Program-made: the position numbers and the translations under genes
Shown here: one piece after another, positions 20,079 through 29,987 of the stretch
Numbering within the stretch: position 1 is the first letter of the stretch
How the letters are laid out: each line of letters opens with the position of its first letter
Assembly: GCA_035479795.1 (NCBI GenBank)
Contig: DATIII010000008.1
Span: forward strand, 30,487-94,486
Direction: 5' to 3'
Source of the DNA: Candidatus Saccharimonadales bacterium
GTDB taxonomy: Bacteria > Patescibacteriota > Saccharimonadia > UBA4664 > SCTI01
DNA: 64,000 nucleotides
Notes under the pieces: generated by a model
The model's input: the letters and a program-made list of their open reading frames with translations, nothing else
Databases searched by the model: none
What the model was told of the DNA's origin: nothing

Positions 20079-21281
20079 CTACATCTTTGTGTCGGGATTA
20101 TAAAACTTACGACCTTTGGCCTCCGGAGGTAAGAACCCTTCGGGATGCTCAAATCCAGGCTCCCATTTGGTGCCTTTTCCGTACCCCAGATCTTTCATCA
20201 GCTTAGTTGGGGCGTTGCGGAGGTGCAGTGGCGGTTCGGCGGCCGGAAACTCTTTAACAGCCGCACTGGCAGCCGCGATGGCGTTATAAGCCGTCCGCGA
20301 TTTGGGCGCCTTGGACATGGCAATTGTGGCTTGGGAAAGGATTATTCGGCTTTCTGGAAGCCCAATCCGTTCAATAGCCTGGAAGGTGACAGTCGCCAGT
20401 TGCAGCATGGAATGATCGGCCTCCCCAATGTCCTCGGAGGCAAAGATAACGATTCGCCGCGCAATAAACTTAGGATCCTCCCCGGCGTCAAGCATCCGGG
20501 CCAGATAAAACAAGGCGGCATCCGCATCACTCCCGCGCATGGATTTGATGAAGGCTGATATTAGGTTGTAATGGAACTCGCCTCCCTTGTCATACCGCAA
20601 GCTGGTTTTTTGCATGGCCTGCTTCACCGTCTCTGGAATAATTTTATCGGCAATGCCAGCTGCGGCTTCTAGGCCATTTAGAGCCACCCGACCATCTCCC
20701 GCCGCCAACTCCGCCAGCAAAGCCCTGGCGTCTTTGGACAATTTCTTATCCGGCAACTGCGCCATTGCCCTATCAATAAGCGTCTCAATCTGCTCTGTTG
20801 TCAGTGCGTTTAGCACCACCACCCGACTGCGCGACAGTAAAGGTGAAATCACCTCAAAAGATGGGTTTTCAGTGGTGGCGCCAATCAGAATAATTGTGCC
20901 GTTTTCGACGTGGGGTAGAAAGGCATCCTGTTGGGCCTTGTTAAACCGATGGATTTCATCCACGAATAAAACGGTTGAGCGCCCCAGATTCTGACGCTCC
21001 TTGGCCCGCTCAATCACCTTTTTAACATCTGGCAGCCCCGAAACTACAGCCGAAATCTCCTCAAACGCGTGACCGCCAGTAGAGGCAATAATCCTAGCCA
21101 ACGTCGTCTTACCACTGCCGGGAGGTCCCCAGAGGATGACCGACACTGGCTTACCAGACTCAACCAGTGCACGGATAAACTTACCCGGACCAACAAGATG
21201 TTCCTGGCCAATCAATTCTTCAAGTGCTCTTGGCCGAACTCTGTCAGCTAGCGGCTGGATCTGATTCTCGAACAAACTCAT
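20079..21281 (-). CDS. rarA: Replication-associated recombination protein A (MgsA/RarA)
   Basis: PLADRVRP, WGPPGSGKTT, FVDEIHRFNKAQQD, SAFIKSMRGSD. Confidence 0.95.
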   Translation of the reverse strand: MSLFENQIQPLADRVRPRALEELIGQEHLVGPGKFIRALVESGKPVSVILWGPPGSGKTTLARIIASTGGHAFEEISAVVSGLPDVKKVIERAKERQNLGRSTVLFVDEIHRFNKAQQDAFLPHVENGTIILIGATTENPSFEVISPLLSRSRVVVLNALTTEQIETLIDRAMAQLPDKKLSKDARALLAELAAGDGRVALNGLEAAAGIADKIIPETVKQAMQKTSLRYDKGGEFHYNLISAFIKSMRGSDADAALFYLARMLDAGEDPKFIARRIVIFASEDIGEADHSMLQLATVTFQAIERIGLPESRIILSQATIAMSKAPKSRTAYNAIAAASAAVKEFPAAEPPLHLRNAPTKLMKDLGYGKGTKWEPGFEHPEGFLPPEAKGRKFYNPDTKM

Positions 21282-21328
21282 AGCTAAATTATACCAGAGA
21301 AGCCGAACGCCAGCCGAACATTAATATG

Positions 21329-21787
21329 CTATTCGTATGCGTGCCGTACTTGGCGATATAAGTAGATAGTGGCAAGCAGAATTAGAGTGCCACTAATGGC
21401 ATGCCCCAAAAACAAGCTATGGACCAGATGGACAACGGCCCCTAATATCAGATAGCGCCAGCCCTTCAACTGTCGCTCAAAGACGGGCCGAACAGCCATG
21501 GCGATGAGTACAAATTCGATTATTAAGCTGATGGCGGCCCCACCGATATCGGTGTCGGTTGCCGGAACCCCGATAAATTCCAGGGGCAGAGCATGAATAC
21601 CCAGGGTAACCGCCAATGCGGCTACCGGGGCGAGAATTAGAGCAAAGACCAAAACCACCCAGCCGCCGTTTTGAACCAGCCATTCCTGGGCCCAATCTGG
21701 TAGATCCCACGAATCACGCGCTTGATAGTGCTTGATGGCGGCCTGGCGACCGCTGGTTATACGCTTAACTTTGCGCTGAGTAGCCAT
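21329..21787 (-). CDS. Multi-TM hypothetical protein
   Basis: About four hydrophobic helices. Confidence 0.65.
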   Translation of the reverse strand: MATQRKVKRITSGRQAAIKHYQARDSWDLPDWAQEWLVQNGGWVVLVFALILAPVAALAVTLGIHALPLEFIGVPATDTDIGGAAISLIIEFVLIAMAVRPVFERQLKGWRYLILGAVVHLVHSLFLGHAISGTLILLATIYLYRQVRHAYE

Positions 21788-21846
21788 TTGTCTTGATGAT
21801 ACTACTTAGGCCATATAAGCAACAAGGAACAACCCTGTTGCGGGGG

Positions 21847-22275
21847 CTATTGGCGTGAGGCCGGGATACCAGCAGCACCTTGAATGGCGTAGGTGTCGCC
21901 AAAGCCATCGGCAGCACTTGATTTGGTTGGAACGGCAATTTGTTGGCCGGCTTCGGGAGCTCCAGCCGGAATAACGATGGCTTTTGCCTGATCAGCTCTG
22001 GCCGCATCAAAGGTCGTGTTTAGAGGCAAGATGGCTCCGCCAGGCAAGCTGCTTTCGGGCGAAATTGGCCGGGTATTAAGCAAATTTACAATAATTAAGG
22101 CAATCAGAGCCAGAAACGCTGCGGCGAAGGCGATCCAAATCGCAACATAGGTGGCTGGAACCGCATCGGTATCCGCGGATCTAGGCAACGGCATTGTCCC
22201 ACCGAGTGTTTCGCGGAACTCGATGTCTCGCATTCGATTTGCCTTCTTGATTGGCCGTGGCCGCCTGTCTTTCAT
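21847..22275 (-). CDS. Hypothetical single-TM protein
   Basis: GGGAGG SD before MKDRR; one long TM helix. Confidence 0.5.
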   Translation of the reverse strand: MKDRRPRPIKKANRMRDIEFRETLGGTMPLPRSADTDAVPATYVAIWIAFAAAFLALIALIIVNLLNTRPISPESSLPGGAILPLNTTFDAARADQAKAIVIPAGAPEAGQQIAVPTKSSAADGFGDTYAIQGAAGIPASRQ

Positions 22276-22415
22276 CTCTCGCCTCCCATTACGAGACGAG
22301 CATAACAAGCTAGACTAATCTAAGAATTGGCTGAAATTCTAAATATTAAGACGCCTACCCACCTAACTGGTATTTGTCTTTAAGCCTAAAACTAAACGAT
22401 GTTTCGTAATTCAAT

Positions 22416-22444
22416 CAGAAAACCCCCTTGCGGGGGCTCTTCTG
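22416..22444 (-). terminator. Terminator after rpsJ
   Basis: CCCC/GGGG stem followed by a T-run on the minus strand. Confidence 0.55.
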
Positions 22445-22771
22445 CTACATCTTGATTTCGATATCAACGCCGGCAGGCAGATTGAGGTTCATCAGCGAGT
22501 CGACGGTCTTAGGTGTCGGTTCGGTGACGTCAATCAGCCGCTTATGCACCCTCATCTCAAACTGCTCGCGCGAGGTTTTATGGATATGTGGCCCCCGGAT
22601 AACCGTAGTCACATTACGCTCGGTTGGTAGTGGGATGGGCCCCGCCACCTGTGCGCCGGTACGAGTGGCGGCATCTAGGATTTGCTTAGCCGACTGATCA
22701 ATGACCTTATTGTCATAGGCCTTTAGCCGGATGCGGATTCGCTGTTTGGGTGCTACTTCTTTTTCAGCCAT
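22445..22771 (-). CDS. rpsJ: 30S ribosomal protein S10
   Basis: [31 protein letters not shown]. Confidence 0.98.
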   Translation of the reverse strand: MAEKEVAPKQRIRIRLKAYDNKVIDQSAKQILDAATRTGAQVAGPIPLPTERNVTTVIRGPHIHKTSREQFEMRVHKRLIDVTEPTPKTVDSLMNLNLPAGVDIEIKM

Positions 22772-22798
22772 TTGTTTTAGTTTACCAGATCTGCATTA

Positions 22799-22915
22799 GG
22801 ATTATAGGTTTGAGCGCGTTTCAAGGCAGAACCGAGCAACACCAGCGAGGCGTACAGATAGTACGTAGTGTGCGGCGCGCCGGTTATAACGATGAAAGGT
22901 GCCAAAGCTGAATCC
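22799..22915 (+). repeat. Palindromic intergenic element, copy 3
   Basis: TTCAAGG...AACCGAGCA...GAGGCGTAC-agata-GTACGT...AACGATGAAA; terminal IR GGATT.../...AATCC. Confidence 0.7.
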
Positions 22916-22917
22916 TT

Positions 22918-24099
22918 TTACTTGATGATCTTGGTTACTACCCCGGCGCCAACAGTGCGGCCGCCTTCGCGGATGGCGAAGCGCAGACCCTCTTCCATGG
23001 CGATAGGGGCGATTAGTTTAACTTTCATGGCGATGTTGTCGCCCGGCATAACCATCTCAGTGCCTTCTGGCAGTTCAATCTCTCCAGTCACGTCAGTAGT
23101 CCGGATGTAGAACTGCGGCTTGTAACCCTTGAAGAATGGGGTATGGCGGCCGCCTTCGTCCTTCTTTAAGACATAGACTTCGCTATCAAACTCGGTATGC
23201 GGGGTAATTGAGCCTGGCTTGGCAATAACCTGACCGCGCTCAATGTCGTCGCGCTCGATACCACGGAGCAGAACTCCCACGTTATCGCCGGCCTGGGCAT
23301 CATTAAGCAGCTTCTTGAACATCTCAACGCCGGTAACGGTAGTCTTTTTGTTGGGGCGAATGCCGATAATCTCGATTTCATCACCCACCGACACCTTACC
23401 CTGTTCAATCCTACCGGTGGCCACAGTGCCACGACCCTTGATAGAGAAGACATCTTCGATCGGCATCAGGAAAGGCTTATCAACTTCACGCTTTGGCTCC
23501 GGCACGGACTCATCCATGGCCTTAACCAGGTCAAGAATGGCCTTTTCAGCATCGGCGTCGCCTTCCAGAGCCTTGAGGGCAGAGCCCTTAATAACTGGGG
23601 CATCTTTGTCGAAGCCTTGCTTTTCAAGCAATTCACGGACTTCGATCTCCACCAGCTCAGCTAGCTCAGGATCGGCCATGTCCATCTTGTTCATAAAGAC
23701 CAAGACGTACGGCACACCAACTTGGCGAGCTAGCAAAATGTGCTCGCGAGTCTGAGGCATTGGGCCGTCAGCGGCCGAAACCACTAGAATGGCACCGTCT
23801 ACCTGGGCAGCACCAGTGATCATGTTCTTCACATAGTCAGCGTGACCAGGCATGTCGACGTGAGCGTAATGCCGCTTCTCGGACTCGTACTCCTGGTGCG
23901 AGGTGGCAATAGTAATACCACGCTGCTTCTCTTCGGGAGCGTTATCGATCTCGTCGTACTTAACTGGTTGGTTAATTTCACTCGGCATGTGCTTGGCTAG
24001 CACGGCGGTGATAGCGGCTGTCAGGGTGGTCTTACCGTGGTCGACGTGACCCATGGTACCGACGTTGACATGCGGCTTGGTGCGCTTGAATTCTGCCAT
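22918..24099 (-). CDS. tuf: Elongation factor Tu
   Basis: [27 protein letters not shown]. Confidence 0.99.
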   Translation of the reverse strand: MAEFKRTKPHVNVGTMGHVDHGKTTLTAAITAVLAKHMPSEINQPVKYDEIDNAPEEKQRGITIATSHQEYESEKRHYAHVDMPGHADYVKNMITGAAQVDGAILVVSAADGPMPQTREHILLARQVGVPYVLVFMNKMDMADPELAELVEIEVRELLEKQGFDKDAPVIKGSALKALEGDADAEKAILDLVKAMDESVPEPKREVDKPFLMPIEDVFSIKGRGTVATGRIEQGKVSVGDEIEIIGIRPNKKTTVTGVEMFKKLLNDAQAGDNVGVLLRGIERDDIERGQVIAKPGSITPHTEFDSEVYVLKKDEGGRHTPFFKGYKPQFYIRTTDVTGEIELPEGTEMVMPGDNIAMKVKLIAPIAMEEGLRFAIREGGRTVGAGVVTKIIK

Positions 24100-24228
24100 T
24101 CTTTCTCCTTATTGGACTTCATTTCAGATTGATAATCGCTTCTCGCTTGGGCGATCAGCTATCTGCCATGAAGTGGGTTGTTAATATTTTTGGACAATAA
24201 AATAAATGCCCGGGTTTGGACTTTTCAT

Positions 24229-24257
24229 AGTATAAGGAGGAATTACACCTTTGTAAA
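24229..24257 (-). promoter_or_regulatory. tuf promoter
   Basis: TTTACA-17 nt-TATACT on the minus strand. Confidence 0.65.
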
Positions 24258-24310
24258 GAGGTAAACAGGTCAAAAGGCGGCCCGTTATCGGACCGCCCTC
24301 AACATCTGAA

Positions 24311-24724
24311 CTATAGTGGGGCCATGAAGGCCTCCGCCATCTGGAGTAAGACTACCTGTTGCTCTTTCGGCACTTCCCAGATGTCATCGAGACACCGACG
24401 AGCCTGCTCTGGTGGAACGACGATCCCGACACTTCTGAAAAAGGGCGGATCCTGTACCGTGAAACCATGGCCCATTAAGAGTCCTGCTTCGATGTCGCGA
24501 TAACTACCCGTTACCTGGGTCGGATACAGCAAAGGGAACTCTGCTGCGCCGGGTGTTCCTTGATCACGGAGAACTCTTAGGCGAGCCATCGCCTGGCCGA
24601 ACCGCTCATGATGCTCACGGCCGCTTGTATCAACCACCTTACAGCCCGCTACTGCGAGAGTGGCAATAAAGGCCTCGATGAAGTGTCGATAAATACCATC
24701 TGCATCACTGTGCTGAAGTGACAT
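24311..24724 (-). CDS. Hypothetical accessory protein
   Basis: GGGAG SD before MSLQH; TGcTATAAT upstream; GC hairpin downstream (~24276-24298). Confidence 0.6.
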   Translation of the reverse strand: MSLQHSDADGIYRHFIEAFIATLAVAGCKVVDTSGREHHERFGQAMARLRVLRDQGTPGAAEFPLLYPTQVTGSYRDIEAGLLMGHGFTVQDPPFFRSVGIVVPPEQARRCLDDIWEVPKEQQVVLLQMAEAFMAPL

Positions 24725-24897
24725 GGCACTCCCGATCTGTTGTGGTCTCACCTGGGAGGATTATAGCAAAGTACCTGATAATAAAACTCTTGTGCTGGGC
24801 TGTGGCTTTGCTAGGATTGCTCTTGCACCTTCGACAAATCACCTTCTCATAATTCCCCTCACGAATAGATCCCACGGGAAAACGAGAGGAGGTGAAC

Positions 24898-25428
24898 ATG
24901 GAACAGGAGGACGACCAGGTGGTCGACGAGCCCGAGGCCGCAACGGCCGAGGCCAGCGACGGCGTGGATAGCAGTGGCAGTGACGGCAGCGGCGAGCCCG
25001 CGGCCGAGGAGAACGACGCCGGCAACGGCGGCGAGTCCGGCGAAGACGCCGACGACGTGACCGAGGAGACCGTGGCGGAGACGCCCGAATCCGAAGTCGC
25101 CGAGGACGGCGCCGAGACCGGCGGCAACGACGGCAGTGACGACGAAGCCGAAGCTGAAGACGGCGAAGACGACGAGGTTCTGGCAGAGGAGCCCGGCGAG
25201 GACGACGAGCAGGCGGAGGACGAGACGCCGAGCCTCGAAGACGCCGTAGCGGCAAGTGAGGTAGTGACAAGCTACCTCAAGGCACAGGGTGCCGAAGCCG
25301 CAGCGGATGACGAGGTAGCTGAAGTCGAGGACGACGCGGAAGCCGAGGCCGAGGAGGAGACTCCCGAAGCCGAAGCTGAGCCCGGCGGCGGCGAGGAGCC
25401 GGCCGACGCGGACGCCAGCGCCGAGTAG
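24898..25428 (+). CDS. Extremely acidic (Glu/Asp/Ala) low-complexity protein
   Basis: AGGAGG SD, consistent GC-ending codons, followed by a hairpin and T-run. Confidence 0.7.
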   Translation: MEQEDDQVVDEPEAATAEASDGVDSSGSDGSGEPAAEENDAGNGGESGEDADDVTEETVAETPESEVAEDGAETGGNDGSDDEAEAEDGEDDEVLAEEPGEDDEQAEDETPSLEDAVAASEVVTSYLKAQGAEAAADDEVAEVEDDAEAEAEEETPEAEAEPGGGEEPADADASAE

Positions 25429-25449
25429 ACCCTTCACGGGGGTCCCATT

Positions 25450-25480
25450 GGGGTCCGGGAGCAAATCCCGGACCCCTTTT
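25450..25480 (+). terminator. Intrinsic terminator after the acidic protein gene
   Basis: GGGGTCCGGGA-gcaaa-TCCCGGACCCC followed by TTTT. Confidence 0.75.
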
Positions 25481-25492
25481 ACGTATTTACTT

Positions 25493-25520
25493 AGGATTCA
25501 GAATTTAGGATTAAGGATCT
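25493..25520 (+). repeat. Degenerate heptamer tandem repeat
   Basis: AGGATTC AGAATTT AGGATTA AGGATCT. Confidence 0.65.
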
Positions 25521-25570
25521 AGTTCGGAATGTATAAATGCGTTGCGGGAGGCTGAGTTGCCCCAGCCCCC

Positions 25571-25969
25571 TCAGGTGACGAACAAACGGATTTGGTCAGG
25601 ACCCGGTCGGCGCATCAAGCGCTGGAAAAACATTTCGACCACCAGGTACTCATGCAAGCCCTCTATGGCCATGACAAACTCGGGGATACCGCCGCTACAA
25701 CCGCAGCCGTAACAAGTGAATCCACCGTTGTCGTAGAGCGCCAAAGACGGAGTCCGTTCAGCGTGGAAGCAGCAATGCATAACCATGCGGTTTGACCCAG
25801 GAGTCGGCCGCTTGGCGTCTCCGGACCCGAGCTCTTCCAACCGTCGTCCAAAGTGCTCGAGGATGACCGGCCAGCCGAGACCACGCCACTCTTGGATTTG
25901 CCATTGCGGAATGAGATTGATCAGCTCGCGCTGTCGGCTGTCAGTGAGGAAATGGCGCTGGGCGGCCAT
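25571..25969 (-). CDS. Stand-alone CHC2 (primase-type) zinc-finger protein
   Basis: CCFHAERTPSLALY...FTCYGCGCSG matches the DnaG zinc-binding domain; no TOPRIM core. Confidence 0.75.
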   Translation of the reverse strand: MAAQRHFLTDSRQRELINLIPQWQIQEWRGLGWPVILEHFGRRLEELGSGDAKRPTPGSNRMVMHCCFHAERTPSLALYDNGGFTCYGCGCSGGIPEFVMAIEGLHEYLVVEMFFQRLMRRPGPDQIRLFVT

Positions 25970-26217
25970 TAACGGCCCCAGCCAGGTTCAAAGGCCTCAA
26001 CTATGCCGAGACAGATGGTTCCGTCTTCTTTCCAGATCACACCAAATCTCCATGTCGATGTTCAAGTAGTACCCCCGTCAAGGCGATAGCCTGCAGGAAA
26101 CCACCAGGACGGGGGTGCCCAGATTATAGCTTACTGAACTCAAAATTTGACAGCACAAGCGGTTAAGCCCATACTGGCCGCAACGTAGTACCTACCATCC
26201 CAACCACAGGAGGAGAC

Positions 26218-26799
26218 GTGAGTACCACCCTCGCCACCCCACCGCAGGCCGCCATGCCGGCGGTCCTCAGGCCGCTCTCCGACATGCAGAAGCTGCTGGT
26301 GCAGCTGGCCGACCGCGAGATCGAGACCTACACCTCCAAGCAGGTGCAGACTCACAAGGATGCCTGGCGCGCACATGTCTTGCGTGTCGGCTTCATCAGG
26401 GCCATAACGCTCAGCATCATCGCTGGCTGCTGGCTGATCAGCATGATCGCTCTGTACGGCCTGGATCTGTTCGGCGTCATGAACTTCCCGATCTCCGACG
26501 GCCTCGCCGCCCTCGGCATTCTCGGCAGTATCAGTGCCGCGCTGGCTGCAGGCTTCTTCATGGGAGGCCGGTGGGTCATTTACACCTACGCCGACTACGC
26601 CACCCGCTACACCGTCCCCGACGTGGCCCGGAGGATCGCCGTCGGCGCAATGACAATCCCCGGGGTCAAGATCCACGTCGATCGCTTGAAGAGTGACCCG
26701 GTCATGTGGGCGCACCTCGGTACCGCCCAGGTCTGCATCGCCATCTGGAAGAAGCCCGGGTACCACCAGCCGCTGATCATGCCCGAGGACATCCAGTAA
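26218..26799 (+). CDS. Hypothetical 2-TM protein (GC-rich codon usage)
   Basis: AGGAGG SD, GTG start, two TM helices, followed by a strong hairpin. Confidence 0.7.
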   Translation: MSTTLATPPQAAMPAVLRPLSDMQKLLVQLADREIETYTSKQVQTHKDAWRAHVLRVGFIRAITLSIIAGCWLISMIALYGLDLFGVMNFPISDGLAALGILGSISAALAAGFFMGGRWVIYTYADYATRYTVPDVARRIAVGAMTIPGVKIHVDRLKSDPVMWAHLGTAQVCIAIWKKPGYHQPLIMPEDIQ

Positions 26800-26814
26800 C
26801 CGCCCTCGGCATGC

Positions 26815-26844
26815 GAAGGGCCCGCCAATCACGGCGGGCCCTTC
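26815..26844 (+). terminator. Hairpin terminator
   Basis: GAAGGGCCCGCC-aatcac-GGCGGGCCCTTC, 12-bp stem. Confidence 0.7.
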
Positions 26845-26852
26845 TTCCGTTC

Positions 26853-26931
26853 GGGATGCGGGATTCAGGATACGGAATTAAGCAATAAAGTTAAAAGTGT
26901 CCTGAATCCTTAATCCTGAATTCTGGATCCT
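26853..26931. repeat. Two oppositely oriented heptamer arrays between convergent genes
   Basis: Plus strand: GGGATGC GGGATTC AGGATAC GGAATTA. Minus strand: AGGATCC AGAATTC AGGATTA AGGATTC AGGACAC. Confidence 0.65.
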
Positions 26932-26934
26932 GCT

Positions 26935-29025
<2,091 letters not shown>

Positions 29026-29036
29026 TAACTTCCCTC

Positions 29037-29513
29037 TTAGTACCGCGCAAAGTGCGCGAATGCCTTATTGGCATCGGCCATGCGGTGGGTTTCTTCTTTT
29101 TTCTTGACTGCGTCACCGGTGTTGTTGAACGCATCCATCAGCTCCTGGGCCAACAGTTTGTCAAACGATTTACCAGACTTGGTGCGGGACGCGGTTAAAA
29201 TCCAGGTCATGGCTAGGTGAATCTTGCGATCTCCCCGAACTTCCATCGGCACCTGATAGGTGGCGCCACCCACCCGCTTGGCGCGTACCTGAACCTGAGG
29301 TGAAACGTTTTTAATAGCGCCCTCAAAGATCTCAACTGCTGGAGTTTTAAGTTTGGCCTCGGCATCGGCCAGGGCGTCGTACATTAACTGCTCCGCCAGC
29401 CGCTTCTTACCATGCTGCATGACCTTATTGATCATTTTGGCCACCAGCACACTCTGATATTTGATATCAGGAGTGATTTCGCGCTTAAAACTTTTAGTCT
29501 TTTTTCTGGGCAT
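29037..29513 (-). CDS. rpsG: 30S ribosomal protein S7
   Basis: [22 protein letters not shown]. Confidence 0.98.
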   Translation of the reverse strand: MPRKKTKSFKREITPDIKYQSVLVAKMINKVMQHGKKRLAEQLMYDALADAEAKLKTPAVEIFEGAIKNVSPQVQVRAKRVGGATYQVPMEVRGDRKIHLAMTWILTASRTKSGKSFDKLLAQELMDAFNNTGDAVKKKEETHRMADANKAFAHFARY

Positions 29514-29561
29514 TGCTTCTCCTTATCCGGGCACTCTGGCCCGAGGATACTTAATTAATTT

Positions 29562-29975
29562 TTAAGCCTTTTGCTTCTTGGCGCCGTATTTAGAGCGTCC
29601 TTGCTTCCGATTAGCCACGCCAGCGGTATCGAGCGCACCACGCACAATGTGATAACGCACACCAGGAAGGTCCTTCACCCGGCCACCGCGGATTAGCACC
29701 ACGCTGTGCTCTTGCAGGTTGTGTCCAATCCCGGGGATGTAGGCGGTGACTTCCATGCCGTTGGTAAGGCGAACACGAGCAATCTTACGCAGAGCCGAGT
29801 TCGGCTTCTTCGGGGTGGTGGTCGACACCTTTACGCAAACACCACGCTTTAATGGTGCCGAAGCCGCATAAGTCTTGCCCTTGAGCGCGTTTAAAGTGCG
29901 CCCTAGGGCCGGGGTGTTAGACTTCTTCTGCTTGCTTACCCGCGGTTTGCGGATTAGTTGGTTAATCGTCGGCAT
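29562..29975 (-). CDS. rpsL: 30S ribosomal protein S12
   Basis: [27 protein letters not shown]. Confidence 0.99.
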   Translation of the reverse strand: MPTINQLIRKPRVSKQKKSNTPALGRTLNALKGKTYAASAPLKRGVCVKVSTTTPKKPNSALRKIARVRLTNGMEVTAYIPGIGHNLQEHSVVLIRGGRVKDLPGVRYHIVRGALDTAGVANRKQGRSKYGAKKQKA

Positions 29976-29987
29976 AACTTGGCTACT

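Noticed and set aside
24705-25464. Three minus-strand ORFs opposite the acidic protein gene
   Set aside because: These are shadows of GC-rich, repetitive codons. The SD and terminator support the plus-strand gene.
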